Counted from the stretch's first letter, positions 8,730-20,026 are shown. The stretch: DNA of 61,951 bases from an uncultured Clostridiaceae bacterium (GCA_964626065.1 CAZVDE010000005.1:1-61951); one strand, 5' to 3'. Made by a program: numbers and translations. The notes: generated from the sequence alone by a model not told the origin.

Positions 8730-10400
8730 ATGCTTAGTGACATTGCAATTGCGCAGCAGGCCCGGCTGCGCCCAATTACCGAGTTGGCGGATGAATTATC
8801 CTTGGGTCGCGATGAGATTGAATTATACGGAAAGTACAAGGCCAAAGTTGATCTGAGCGTGTTGGAACGACTCAAGGATCGCCCCCAAGGGAAGCTGATT
8901 TATACTACGGCTATTACGGCAACCCCCGCGGGTGAAGGCAAAACGTGCACCACAATCGGACTGGCCCAGGCCCTGGGCAAGCTGGACAAGAAAGCAATCG
9001 CCTGCATCCGGGAACCGAGTTTAGGGCCCACTTTCGGAATCAAAGGTGGTGCCGCGGGCGGAGGCTATGCTCAGGTTGTACCCATGGAGGATATAAATCT
9101 TCATTTTACCGGCGATATTCATGCCGTGAGCACTGCCCATAATCTGCTGGCCGCCCTTTTGGACAATCATATCGCTCAAGGCAACGAATTAAATATCGAT
9201 CCCAAGCGGATCGTCTTTCGCCGCGTCATGGATATGAACGATCGGCAGCTGCGCAACATCGTAATTGGTTTGGGCGGCCTTGGCGACGGGTATGTTCGTG
9301 AGGCGGGTTTTGATATCTCCGTTGCTTCCGAGATAATGGCGATTTTGTGCCTGGCAAGTGATCTGCAGGATTTGAAAGAACGGGTGGGCAAAATCTTGGT
9401 TGCCTATACTTATGATCGTAAGCCCGTGTACGCCAGGGATCTAAAAGCCCAGGGCGCCTTGGCGGTGATTATGAAGGATGCCATCAAACCTAATTTAGTA
9501 CAAACACTGGAAGGGCAACCGGCCTTCGTTCACGGTGGTCCTTTTGCAAATATCGCCCACGGCAATAATAGTATTGTTGCGACCCAGCTTGCTTTGAAAC
9601 TGGCGGATTACGTTATTACGGAAGGCGGCTTTGCCGCGGATTTAGGCGCCGAAAAATTCTTTAATATTGTCCACGGTTATTCCGGACTAAAACCTGATGT
9701 GACCGTTATTGTGGCATCTGTGCGAGCTTTAAACATGCATGGCGGCGTGAGCCGAGAGCAAGTTGCCGAGACTAATCTCGAGGCGTTGGAGGCCGGTTTG
9801 GCCAACCTGGATAAACATGTGGAAAATATGAAAAAATTCGGTGTTCCCATCGTCGTGGCGATCAACCAGTTCCCCTCAGATGCGCCGGAGGAATTAGAAT
9901 TGGTGCAAAAACACTGTGAACGGCTTGGTGTGCGCTGGGCCCTTTCGCAGGTTGTGGCTAAGGGCGGCGAGGGCGGCCTGGATTTTGCCCGCACAATTCT
10001 AAATGTGCTGGAAACGGAGGCGGCAAATTTCAAACCTCTGTATGATTGGGAACAGCCCATAAAAGAGAAACTGGAAACGCTGGCCAAAGAAATATACGGG
10101 GCAGACGGCGTAGTTTATTCGCCTCAGGCGGAGCGGTCCATCAGGGCCTTATCCAGATTAGGTTATGACAAACTGCCCGTGTGCGTTGCCAAAACACAGC
10201 ATTCCATTTCAGACAATGCCGCGTTAAAAGGTGTGCCCAAGGGGTGGACCTTGACCATCACCGATGTGAGGCCCTCTTTGGGTGCGGGGTTTTTGGTGTG
10301 CCTAGCAGGCGACATTATGACAATGCCGGGACTGCCCGCCAGGCCCGCTGCGGAAAACGTGGATATTGATGCTGAAGGCACAATTACGGGTTTGTTCTAG
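8730..10400 (+). CDS. fhs: formate--tetrahydrofolate ligase
   Basis: 556 aa; TPAGEGKTCTTIGL P-loop, EPSLGPTFGIKGGAAGGGYAQV, FANIAHGNNS; full-length FTHFS. Confidence 0.96.
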   Translation: MLSDIAIAQQARLRPITELADELSLGRDEIELYGKYKAKVDLSVLERLKDRPQGKLIYTTAITATPAGEGKTCTTIGLAQALGKLDKKAIACIREPSLGPTFGIKGGAAGGGYAQVVPMEDINLHFTGDIHAVSTAHNLLAALLDNHIAQGNELNIDPKRIVFRRVMDMNDRQLRNIVIGLGGLGDGYVREAGFDISVASEIMAILCLASDLQDLKERVGKILVAYTYDRKPVYARDLKAQGALAVIMKDAIKPNLVQTLEGQPAFVHGGPFANIAHGNNSIVATQLALKLADYVITEGGFAADLGAEKFFNIVHGYSGLKPDVTVIVASVRALNMHGGVSREQVAETNLEALEAGLANLDKHVENMKKFGVPIVVAINQFPSDAPEELELVQKHCERLGVRWALSQVVAKGGEGGLDFARTILNVLETEAANFKPLYDWEQPIKEKLETLAKEIYGADGVVYSPQAERSIRALSRLGYDKLPVCVAKTQHSISDNAALKGVPKGWTLTITDVRPSLGAGFLVCLAGDIMTMPGLPARPAAENVDIDAEGTITGLF

Positions 10401-10414
10401 AGACAAACTGCGGT

Positions 10415-10448
10415 GGCCCCGGGGATGGATTTTTCCACGGGGCCCTTT
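10415..10448 (+). terminator. candidate terminator after fhs
   Basis: GGCCCCG (10415-10421) pairs with CGGGGCC (10438-10444); only a weak CTTT tail follows. Confidence 0.45.
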
Positions 10449-10470
10449 AGCCTACCGCGACAAAATTCGG

Positions 10471-10499
10471 TTGAGTATTTAAGTGACTAATGGTATACT
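10471..10499 (+). promoter_or_regulatory. sigma-70-type promoter for argS
   Basis: TTGAGT (10471-10476), 17-nt spacer, TATACT (10494-10499). Confidence 0.55.
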
Positions 10500-10592
10500 G
10501 ACGTGGGTGGAAAGTGCTTCTGCACAACGCCGATTTTTTCCCCTGTAGGGTTTCCTATGGGGGAGTTTCTTTAAATCGAGGAGGTTCACGGA

Positions 10593-12266
10593 ATGACCGT
10601 TGTGATTCGGCAAAAAAGGCACCTGCAGGCAGCTGTTAAACAGGCCCTACAGGCAGCTTTAGCCAACGGAGAAATAAAACTGGAAGCCATTCCCGAGGTG
10701 GCCCTAGAGACGCCTAGGGATTCGGGGCATGGGGATTTTGCTTCTAACATTGCTTTAGTGACCGCCGGGCAAGCAAAAAAGCCTCCCCGGGAGGTTGCAG
10801 AAATTATCGTCAGCCACATAGATTCCCCCGAGATAGACCGGGTCGAAGTTGCGGGGCCGGGATTTATAAATTTCTTTTTGAGAAGCGACTGGCTGCACGC
10901 GGTGTTGAAAGACATCGAAGAGCAGGGCGAAGATTACGGCAACAGCGAACATGGCGCAGGCGAAAAAATCCTGCTGGAATTTGTCAGTGCCAATCCGGTG
11001 GGACCCATGAATGTGGTTAACGCCCGGGCAGCCGCGGTAGGGGATACGCTGGCCCGCCTACTTAGGGCCGCCGGTTATGATGTGGATACTGAGTTTTACG
11101 TCAATGATGCGGGCAATCAGGCTCAGATTTTTGCCCGTTCTTTATGGGCCCGCTATCAGCAGCTGACTGAGCCTAAATATCCCTTTCCAGAGGATGGCTA
11201 CCCCGGTGATTACGTGGGGGAGCTGGCAAAAGTCCTGCGGACAGAAAACCCAACGTTGGCTCAATTGCCGCCGGAAGAACGTTTAGACTTCTGCAAGCGT
11301 TGGGGTACGGACAAAATCGTCGAGATGCAAAAAAACGATCTCAAAGCTTATGGAGTTGAGTTTGACCGCTGGTTTAGGGAGCGCGATTTGCATGCGGCCG
11401 GGGCCTTGGAAAAAGTCATTGCTGTCTTGGAAGAAAGGGATTTTGTATTCGAAGATGATGATGCGGTTTGGTTCAGATCAACTGAATTTGAAGATGACAA
11501 AGATCGGGTAATCATCAAAAGTGACGGTACCTATACTTATGTAACGGCGGATATTGCCTATCACTATGATAAACTGAAGCGGGGCTATAAAAGGTTGATT
11601 AATATTTGGGGCCCCGACCACCACGGTTATATTGAACGAATGAAAGCAGCCATTCAGGCGTTGGGCTATAGCCGCGCTACACTGGAAGTTATGATTTTGC
11701 AGTATGTCGCCCTGCTCAGAAAGGGGCGTCAGGTGAAGATGTCCAAGCGGGCGGGCGAGTTTATTACCATGGAGGATCTTGTGGGTGAAGTAGGTAAAGA
11801 TGCGGCGCGGTTCTTCTTTTTACACCGCAGCCCGGAAAGCCATTTAGATTTCGATTTAGATTTGGCCGTTGAGCAGTCCAACGAAAACCCGGTTTTTTAC
11901 GTCCAGTACGCCCATGCTCGTATTGCCAGCGTTCTGCGGCAGGCGGGGGAAATGGGAATTGAACTTCCCACTGTGGGCCGGGTTTCTTTGCATCTTCTGG
12001 ATCACGCGGCCGAAACAGCCCTTTTAAAGCAGTTGGCTGCCCTACCCGAGGAGCTTTACACCGCTGCCCTGCAGCGGGAGCCTCATCGGCTGACCCATTA
12101 TGTGTTGGAATTAGCGGGCTTGTTTCATTCTTTCTACACCCACTGCCACATTTTGGGCGAAAGTGACGAGTTGAGGGATTCTCGTCTCGTTTTGGTGCAG
12201 GGGGTACAGACTGTGCTTAGGAAGGTACTCACCATTTTAGGCGTGGATGCCCCTGAGCAGATGTAA
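10593..12266 (+). CDS. argS: arginine--tRNA ligase
   Basis: 557 aa; class I motifs (SANPVGPMNVVNARA HIGH-like region, MSKRAG KMSKS-like), Arg-tRNA synthetase N-domain and C-terminal DALR anticodon-binding domain. Confidence 0.95.
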   Translation: MTVVIRQKRHLQAAVKQALQAALANGEIKLEAIPEVALETPRDSGHGDFASNIALVTAGQAKKPPREVAEIIVSHIDSPEIDRVEVAGPGFINFFLRSDWLHAVLKDIEEQGEDYGNSEHGAGEKILLEFVSANPVGPMNVVNARAAAVGDTLARLLRAAGYDVDTEFYVNDAGNQAQIFARSLWARYQQLTEPKYPFPEDGYPGDYVGELAKVLRTENPTLAQLPPEERLDFCKRWGTDKIVEMQKNDLKAYGVEFDRWFRERDLHAAGALEKVIAVLEERDFVFEDDDAVWFRSTEFEDDKDRVIIKSDGTYTYVTADIAYHYDKLKRGYKRLINIWGPDHHGYIERMKAAIQALGYSRATLEVMILQYVALLRKGRQVKMSKRAGEFITMEDLVGEVGKDAARFFFLHRSPESHLDFDLDLAVEQSNENPVFYVQYAHARIASVLRQAGEMGIELPTVGRVSLHLLDHAAETALLKQLAALPEELYTAALQREPHRLTHYVLELAGLFHSFYTHCHILGESDELRDSRLVLVQGVQTVLRKVLTILGVDAPEQM

Positions 12267-12990
12267 AGGATGTGAATGGATAGTGAACTTCAGCCAAAGT
12301 TGGCAGGCCTTTGTTCGCTCGCTGCGCCTGGGGTACGAACACTTGGGCAAATTGATGTTAGCCAATCTCCTTTGGTTTAGCTTGGGTTTCGGCCCCTTGA
12401 TCATTTTGCTTTACCTGCCCTGGCAGGCACCCATTATGCTTATTGCCGCTCTTTTGATCAGCTTGGTGATGTTCGGCGGTGCCTACCCCGCGCTGCACAT
12501 GCTGATCAATCATATTATGGACAGGCAGGATGTGTCCTGGCGCCTTTTCTGGCAGGGGTTTAAAAAGTTTGCTGTGCGGGGGACAATCCTATTCTTTATC
12601 AGGATGCTTGGTTTTTTCATCCTTGGTTTCAATATTTGGGTCACTTTAAATAATCCCAGTACCTTGTTTTTAATTCTATCCGGAGTTTGGCTTTGGGGCA
12701 TTTTTTATTGGTACGCTATCCAACAGTTTGTCTATCCATTTTTGATCAGGCAGGATATTGGCGTACTGATGACGCTGAAAAGGGCGGTGCTGATTACGCT
12801 GGATAATCCGTTGGCCAGCGTGTTCGTGCTCGTGGTCAGCCTTGTTTTTGGTATTGCCAGCGTGTTTTTGGCTATTCCCCTTGTGCTTTTTACTGCCGGG
12901 TTTTTGGCTTTTTTACAGAATAATTTTTATGTGGGCATTATGCTTAAATACGACGAACAGGAAGAAGCGGTTGTTGAGCGCGAAGTATGA
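12247..12990 (+). CDS. polytopic membrane protein, DUF624 (YesL)-like
   Basis: About six hydrophobic helices; N-terminal KLMLANLLWFSLGF resembles DUF624; the start may be GTG 12283, since 12247 overlaps the argS end. Confidence 0.55.
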   Translation: MPLSRCKGCEWIVNFSQSWQAFVRSLRLGYEHLGKLMLANLLWFSLGFGPLIILLYLPWQAPIMLIAALLISLVMFGGAYPALHMLINHIMDRQDVSWRLFWQGFKKFAVRGTILFFIRMLGFFILGFNIWVTLNNPSTLFLILSGVWLWGIFYWYAIQQFVYPFLIRQDIGVLMTLKRAVLITLDNPLASVFVLVVSLVFGIASVFLAIPLVLFTAGFLAFLQNNFYVGIMLKYDEQEEAVVEREV

Positions 12991-12993
12991 TAG

Positions 12994-14604
<1,611 letters not shown>

Positions 14605-14625
14605 CCTTCTTGGAGGTGTTAGTCA

Positions 14626-15102
14626 ATGTTGCGTATGAAAGTAAAAGTAGTCGGCGTAGATCGGGAAACAATGCTTCCGGTTGTTATCTTAACGGACAAT
14701 GATGAACAGTCTTTTGTTCCGTTGGTTATTGGTCCGGCTGAAGCTAACGCCATCGCCATTGTGATGGAAAACGTTGAAATCAACCGGCCGCTGACGCATG
14801 ATTTGCTTCTTAATTCCATCCTCGCTTTAGGCGCTAAAGTGGATCGAATCATCCTTACCGATTTAGCCGATGATGTATATTATGCCGAATTGTGCCTGCT
14901 GCAGGGCGAAAAGCGCCTGCGGATCGATTGCAGGCCCAGTGATGCCATTGCCCTAGCACTGCGGGCCGGGGCGCCTATCTTTGTTGATGAAAAGGTTATG
15001 GCTCATGCAATTTCCGTGCCTAAAGAGGAGGACCCCGAGTTGGAAGAGTTCCGTTCGTTTTTAAAAGATCTTTCGCCCGAGGATTTCCAAAAGGACAATT
15101 AG
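14626..15102 (+). CDS. bifunctional nuclease (BFN, DUF151) family protein
   Basis: PVVILTD..FVPLVIGPAEANAIA....RPLTHDLL... matches the DUF151 core. Confidence 0.75.
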   Translation: MLRMKVKVVGVDRETMLPVVILTDNDEQSFVPLVIGPAEANAIAIVMENVEINRPLTHDLLLNSILALGAKVDRIILTDLADDVYYAELCLLQGEKRLRIDCRPSDAIALALRAGAPIFVDEKVMAHAISVPKEEDPELEEFRSFLKDLSPEDFQKDN

Positions 15103-15165
15103 GGCCGGAAAAAATTGCATAGATGTGAATTGCCGGGCGCATACTTCCTGTAGGAGGTATGCGCT

Positions 15166-15543
15166 GTGTTAATACGTAAGATCGGTACATTTATTGTGAT
15201 CAGTATCGTTTTGGCCTGTTTTGCGCCGTTGGCCGCCGCCGAGACAAACCGGTGGCAAGCGGTACATGGAAGTGTTCTGCAAATTTTCCCCGAAGCGAAT
15301 AAGATCATGCTTTGGTCCGATGGAAAGACTTTGATTTTTGTGCTTGAGGCGGATTGCGAAATTCTGCGGCAGGGCTGCCCCGTGGCCTTGGAATCTCTGC
15401 GCCCCATAACCTCTACTGATTTCCAAGACGCCCTCTGTTTGATAAATCCTCGGGGCCTGATCGACTGCATCTTTGCCAATTATTTTGTTTGCGAGAAAGG
15501 GGGCAATTTGATCAGCCTCGATATATTTGGGAATGTCAAATAA
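15166..15543 (+). CDS. hypothetical secreted protein
   Basis: 125 aa with a signal peptide (IVISIVLACFAPLAAAE); GTG start 8 nt after AGGAGG; no recognisable motif. Confidence 0.5.
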   Translation: MLIRKIGTFIVISIVLACFAPLAAAETNRWQAVHGSVLQIFPEANKIMLWSDGKTLIFVLEADCEILRQGCPVALESLRPITSTDFQDALCLINPRGLIDCIFANYFVCEKGGNLISLDIFGNVK

Positions 15544-15602
15544 ACCTCAAAGGAAAATCCTTCTTGTTGGCGAATAGTTGATCCCGATAGGAGGAATTTT
15601 TC

Positions 15603-16265
15603 GTGATTGTCAACAGCGAGAGGGCCCTAGCCTTGACCTGCCCTGCTTGTCAGGTGGTGCAGGCACATGAGTTTTCCCTTTTCAGGCTTTCTCGGCCGCT
15701 GCAGCTGACCTGCGGCTGCGGTTTTTCCCAAGGCCATTTTCGTAAACTAAATAAAAACTATGAGTTGGATGTGCTCGGCATCGACGGCAATCGAATCAGG
15801 CTGTTGTTCTCAAAGCGCGAGCTTTTCCATAAACATTTAGTAAATGTTCTATCGCCTAAAAACGGGCAAAAATTGGGTTATTTGGGTTATCCGCAGATCG
15901 TGAAAGAAACGGTTTGCTCGGATGCCGTTAGGCATGCGACGGATGCCGTTAGGCATGCGCCGGATGCTGAAAGGCATGCGCCGGATGTGGGCAACTTTTC
16001 TAATTCGCAAATAATGCGTGAAGTTTTAGATAGGCTGCAGGATTTAGCGGAGCAACGTAAAATAAGATGCGAGTGCGAACGGCCCAGTGTGGGCCTTGAC
16101 GTTTACACGGACAGGGTAGAGCTGGTCTGTTCGTTTTGCGGCAGCACCGTTTTGATTGGGGCAAGCATTCGTGAGCATGCAGACCGGTTATCCCGGGTCA
16201 GCGAGATAATAATGCAGCCTCGTTCCGCCGGGTATTTGGAGGAATGGCTGAGACCGTTGAACTGA
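15603..16265 (+). CDS. hypothetical double zinc-ribbon-like protein with an internal 7-aa tandem repeat
   Basis: CPACQ..(x)..CGCG near the N-terminus and C-E-C..(x)..CSFCG near the C-terminus; central repeat DAVRHAT/DAVRHAP/DAERHAP. Confidence 0.55.
   Translation: MIVNSERALALTCPACQVVQAHEFSLFRLSRPLQLTCGCGFSQGHFRKLNKNYELDVLGIDGNRIRLLFSKRELFHKHLVNVLSPKNGQKLGYLGYPQIVKETVCSDAVRHATDAVRHAPDAERHAPDVGNFSNSQIMREVLDRLQDLAEQRKIRCECERPSVGLDVYTDRVELVCSFCGSTVLIGASIREHADRLSRVSEIIMQPRSAGYLEEWLRPLN
15920..15990 (+). repeat. in-frame 21-bp tandem repeat (about 3.3 copies)
   Basis: GGATGCCGTTAGGCATGCGAC / GGATGCCGTTAGGCATGCGCC / GGATGCTGAAAGGCATGCGCC / GGATGTGG... Confidence 0.9.
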
Positions 16266-16291
16266 CCCGAATTGATGAGGAGGTAGTACTA

Positions 16292-17143
16292 GTGTTAGTA
16301 TCAGGCAAGGAACTATTTCAAGCGGCAAAAAAAGGCGGCTATGCGGTTGGAGCATTTAATCTCAATAACATGGAGATCCTCCAAGCAATTATTGAAGCAG
16401 CAGAAGAAGAGAATTCCCCTGTTTTCATCCAGGCCAGTCAAGGCGGTATTAAGTATGCGGGGATCGAGTACATAGCCGGTATGGGCAAGGTGGCGGCAGA
16501 AAAGGCCAAAGTACCCGTGGCGATCAACCTCGATCACGGCACGAGTTTTACCCAGGTAGTGCAGTGCATCAGACACGGTTTTTCCGCGGTTATGATCGAT
16601 GCTTCCCAATATCCGTTTGAGGAAAACATCGCCTTAACTAAAAAAGTGGTTGAAATCGCCCAACCCGTTGGTGTATCAACAGAAGGAGAGTTGGGTAAGA
16701 TTGGCGGAGTCGAAGATGATGTTAGCGTGGAGACCGCCGATGCCACTTTTACTGATCCCAAGGAGGCAGCGGAATTTGTCGAGCGCACGCAGGTCGATGC
16801 ACTAGCAATTGCCATCGGCACGGCTCATGGTGTTTATAAAGGTGTCCCTAAATTGGACTTTGCCCGCTTAGAAAAAATAGCGGCTACCGTTGATATACCG
16901 TTGGTTTTGCACGGTGCATCGGGTGTGAGCGATGAAGATATTCGAGCAGCGGTTGAACGGGGCATCTGCAAAATCAACATTGATACTGAACTAAGAATGG
17001 CATTTGCGCAGGCGATTAAGAAAGTTATAGCGGAAAATCCGGCGGAGATTGATCCGCGCAAGATGCTCGGGCCCGCCCGGGAAGCAATGAAACAAGTGGT
17101 TAAATACAAGATGCGCCTATTTGGTTCGGCCGGCAAAGCTTGA
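16292..17143 (+). CDS. fba: class II fructose-1,6-bisphosphate aldolase
   Basis: [30 protein letters not shown]; GTG 16292 after the GAGGAGG SD is preferred to ORF-track 16244. Confidence 0.92.
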   Translation: MLVSGKELFQAAKKGGYAVGAFNLNNMEILQAIIEAAEEENSPVFIQASQGGIKYAGIEYIAGMGKVAAEKAKVPVAINLDHGTSFTQVVQCIRHGFSAVMIDASQYPFEENIALTKKVVEIAQPVGVSTEGELGKIGGVEDDVSVETADATFTDPKEAAEFVERTQVDALAIAIGTAHGVYKGVPKLDFARLEKIAATVDIPLVLHGASGVSDEDIRAAVERGICKINIDTELRMAFAQAIKKVIAENPAEIDPRKMLGPAREAMKQVVKYKMRLFGSAGKA

Positions 17144-17151
17144 TTTACAGC

Positions 17152-17176
17152 GGGGGGATTTACTCCCCCCTTTTTT
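17152..17176 (+). terminator. intrinsic terminator after fba
   Basis: GGGGGGA (17152-17158) pairs with TCCCCCC (17164-17170), followed by TTTTTT. Confidence 0.8.
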
Positions 17177-17193
17177 CCAAAGGTGGTGAATGT

Positions 17194-18465
17194 TTGAATA
17201 TTGCAGAACTGGAAATGAAGACAGCCGCGGAGTTACAAGATTTAGCCCGTGATCTTGGTGTTTCGGGTTTTACAAGGCTCCGTAAGAAGGATTTAATCAT
17301 TGAGATTTTAAAGTATGAAACGACTAAAGAAAACCTGTTGTTTATCAGCGGAATCTTAGAAATAACCAACGATGGTTACGGTTTTTTGCGGGTACAAAAC
17401 TATACGCCCGGCCCGGATGATGTGTATGTTTCTCCTTCGCAAATCAGGCGTTTTTCCATGCGTACGGGGGATGAAATCTTAGGCCAGGTCCGCCCGCCAA
17501 AAGAGGGTGAACGCTACTACGCCCTACTGCGAGTGTTGGCCATTAATCTATCTGATCCGGAGCTAGCCTCCAAACGTCCTTGCTTTGATGATCTTACGCC
17601 GATTTACCCCAACCAGCGCTTAAATTTAGAAACATCACCCAAGAGTTATTCCATGCGTTTGATGGATCTACTATCTCCTTTAGGTTTCGGCCAAAGGGGT
17701 CTCATTGTCTCGCCGCCAAAAGCGGGCAAGACAACTATCTTAAAGATGTTGGCCAACTCGATTGAGGAGAACCATCCCGATATCGAGGTAATTGTACTGC
17801 TCATCGATGAGCGTCCGGAAGAAGTTACGGATATGGAGCGTTCGGTGGGCGGAGAGGTGATCAGCTCTACCTTTGATCAGCCCCCTGAAAATCACGTGCG
17901 GGTTTCGGATATTGTATTAGCTAGGGCCAAAAGCCTGGTAGAGTCCGGCAAAGATGTGGTGATTTTACTGGACAGCATTACCCGGCTGGCTAGGGCACAC
18001 AACCTAGTTGTCCCGCCGAGCGGGCGCACCTTATCGGGAGGTGTGGATCCTGCTGCTTTGCACCGCCCAAAAAGATTTTTTGGTGCGGCGCGCAAACTGG
18101 AGGAACAGGGAAGTTTGACAATTTTAGCCACATGTTTAGTGGAGACGGGCAGTCGCATGGACGATGTCATTTACGAAGAGTTTAAAGGCACGGGTAATAT
18201 GGAACTCCACTTAGACAGGAAATTGGCTGAACGCCGCATTTTCCCGGCCATCGACATTTACCGCTCCGGTACTCGCCGCGAAGAGCTGCTGCTGTCTGAA
18301 AAAGAATTGGACGGTACCTGGCTTTTGCGCCGGGCAATGGGTACACTTGGGCCCTCCGAAACATTAGATTTGCTCTTGGATCGGGTCACTAACACGAAGA
18401 GTAATGCCGAGCTCTTGGAGTTGATTACCACTTCCAGCTTTGCCGAAAATGTAAGGAATAAGTAA
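17194..18465 (+). CDS. rho: transcription termination factor Rho
   Basis: N-terminal Rho insertion/CSD ([14 protein letters not shown]), Walker A SPPKAGKT, Walker [16 protein letters not shown]; TTG 17194 after the AAAGGTGG SD. Confidence 0.95.
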   Translation: MNIAELEMKTAAELQDLARDLGVSGFTRLRKKDLIIEILKYETTKENLLFISGILEITNDGYGFLRVQNYTPGPDDVYVSPSQIRRFSMRTGDEILGQVRPPKEGERYYALLRVLAINLSDPELASKRPCFDDLTPIYPNQRLNLETSPKSYSMRLMDLLSPLGFGQRGLIVSPPKAGKTTILKMLANSIEENHPDIEVIVLLIDERPEEVTDMERSVGGEVISSTFDQPPENHVRVSDIVLARAKSLVESGKDVVILLDSITRLARAHNLVVPPSGRTLSGGVDPAALHRPKRFFGAARKLEEQGSLTILATCLVETGSRMDDVIYEEFKGTGNMELHLDRKLAERRIFPAIDIYRSGTRREELLLSEKELDGTWLLRRAMGTLGPSETLDLLLDRVTNTKSNAELLELITTSSFAENVRNK

Positions 18466-18538
18466 AAGGATTTTTTGGATCCGCATCGAATTATAGAGAG
18501 TGAGCCATTGTCATTTGCGATTTAGGGGAGGACCTGAC

Positions 18539-19657
18539 ATGTGGAGGCGGCTGTTTCGCAGTAAAGCATTTATACTTGTGGCCTTTATGATTGTTTTCAG
18601 CTTAGGTGTCCTGGGCCAGATAGATACGCGCATGCATATTGGAGGCAGCGATTGGGATCTGGACAACCTAATTTATATTAATATAGATGATTACTTGGAA
18701 CCGGCGGTGGAACCTGCAGCGCTTGAACAAACCCCAAAAACCTCTTTGCGGATTGGGCCGGAACAAGGAGATCAGCGGCAGGATGCGGATGTGATGAAGG
18801 AAAATCACGAAAATGATGCAGCCTCCGTCGAAACGCCCTTAGCGGTCAAGAGAGACAGTATTGATCCCGCGGGGAATAAAGAGCAGTTAACACCCCCCGA
18901 AGCGGTACGGCCTAAAGTGGAAGAGGCAAAGGAAAAGAAGCCGGAAATTTTCGTACATAAAGTTCATGCCGGCGAAACGCTTTGGGATATAGCAAAAGCA
19001 TACGGAATCACAATAGATGCCATTCTCTCCGCGAATGCCCTCAGGGATCCGAATCGGATAGCGGTGGGGCAAGAATTGCGGATTCTTTCGGTGCAAGGGG
19101 TCCTGCATCAGGTGGCCGTTGGTGAAAGCCTTTGGGAAATAGCGGAACGATATGAAGTATCGATAGATGAGATTGTGAAGGCTAATTCAATTCAAGATCC
19201 CAATAGACTAAACCCCAATGCGGAGGTTGTCATTCCGGGCGCAACCCGCTTAAAACCCAGGGACGTTTTGGTTGTCAGCGGTCAACTGCAGCGGGCGTTT
19301 GATTGGCCCGCGAAGGGTAGAATTTCATCGCCTTTCGGTCCTCGCTGGGGACGCATGCATAATGGCTTAGATATTGCAGTGTCCACCGGGACTCCAATCA
19401 AGGCCGCCGCGGACGGCAGGGTCAACTTCGCCGGGTGGAACGGCGGTTACGGAATTTTAGTCATTATCGATCATGGTAATAACGTGGAGACGCGCTATGC
19501 CCATAACTCTCGTTTAAACGTAAAGGTGGGGCAGAAGGTGAATCGTGGCGATGTGATCGCCTACAGCGGTAATACGGGTGTTTCCACCGGGCCGCACAGC
19601 CACTTTGAAATCAGGCACAGGGGTACACCGGTCAACCCGCAAAGTTATTTGAAATAA
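18539..19657 (+). CDS. M23-family peptidoglycan endopeptidase with two LysM domains
   Basis: TM anchor; two LysM repeats (HKVHAGETLWDIAKAYGI..., HQVAVGESLWEIAERYEV...); M23 motifs HNGLDIA and GNTGVSTGPHSHFE. Confidence 0.9.
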   Translation: MWRRLFRSKAFILVAFMIVFSLGVLGQIDTRMHIGGSDWDLDNLIYINIDDYLEPAVEPAALEQTPKTSLRIGPEQGDQRQDADVMKENHENDAASVETPLAVKRDSIDPAGNKEQLTPPEAVRPKVEEAKEKKPEIFVHKVHAGETLWDIAKAYGITIDAILSANALRDPNRIAVGQELRILSVQGVLHQVAVGESLWEIAERYEVSIDEIVKANSIQDPNRLNPNAEVVIPGATRLKPRDVLVVSGQLQRAFDWPAKGRISSPFGPRWGRMHNGLDIAVSTGTPIKAAADGRVNFAGWNGGYGILVIIDHGNNVETRYAHNSRLNVKVGQKVNRGDVIAYSGNTGVSTGPHSHFEIRHRGTPVNPQSYLK

Positions 19658-19670
19658 CAGCGGCCGGTTC

Positions 19671-19699
19671 TTGCCACGACAGTAAGACTATGTTATAAT
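19671..19699 (+). promoter_or_regulatory. sigma-70-type promoter for rpmE
   Basis: TTGCCA (19671-19676), 17-nt spacer, TATAAT (19694-19699). Confidence 0.6.
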
Positions 19700-19742
19700 T
19701 GCTTTTGGCTTGGTTAGCACAGATAGTGAGGTGAACGCGGAC

Positions 19743-19970
19743 ATGAAAGCTGGAATACATCCGGAATATGGAAAAAGTGTAGTTAGTTGCTCCTGTGGCG
19801 AGACCTTTGAAACTAGGTCCACGAAAAAAACAATCAGGGTGGAAGTGTGTTCCAAATGCCACCCCTTCTATACCGGTCAAAGACAGAGTTTAAGCAGTAC
19901 GGGTGGGCGAGTCGAACGTTTCCTCACCAGGTACAATCTAAAAGAGAAAGCCGAAGAAGGGAAAAAATAG
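19743..19970 (+). CDS. rpmE: 50S ribosomal protein L31 (Zn-ribbon type A)
   Basis: MKAGIHPEY...CSCG...[10 protein letters not shown]; ATG 19743 is the conserved L31 start. Confidence 0.95.
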   Translation: MKAGIHPEYGKSVVSCSCGETFETRSTKKTIRVEVCSKCHPFYTGQRQSLSSTGGRVERFLTRYNLKEKAEEGKK

Positions 19971-19985
19971 GCTTGTCTTATGCAA

Positions 19986-20010
19986 AAGCAGGGGCTTCCC
20001 TGCTTTTTTT
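19986..20010 (+). terminator. intrinsic terminator after rpmE
   Basis: AAGCAGGG pairs with CCCTGCTT, followed by a T-run. Confidence 0.8.
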
Positions 20011-20026
20011 ATTGGAGGGATTTTGC

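Noticed and set aside
10400-10592. Possible T-box leader upstream of argS (GGGTGG-like string at 10505-10512, hairpin CCCCTGTAGG/CCTATGGGGG)
   Set aside because: The leader downstream of the predicted promoter is only about 90 nt. It has no specifier-loop or stem I architecture, and the GGGTGG string is at the 5' end rather than in an antiterminator bulge. It may still be a simple structured leader.
15920-15990. Tandem direct repeats considered as a mini CRISPR-like array (also 35141-35215)
   Set aside because: The repeats are contiguous without spacers, are 21 or 24 nt with a period in multiples of 3, and sit in frame inside ORFs. They are coding tandem repeats.
19847-20026. 180-nt N-terminal extension of dusB overlapping rpmE
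   Set aside because: The extension runs through the rpmE coding region and its terminator. The conserved Dus N-terminus (LAPMAGVTD) begins right after ATG 20027, which has its own SD.
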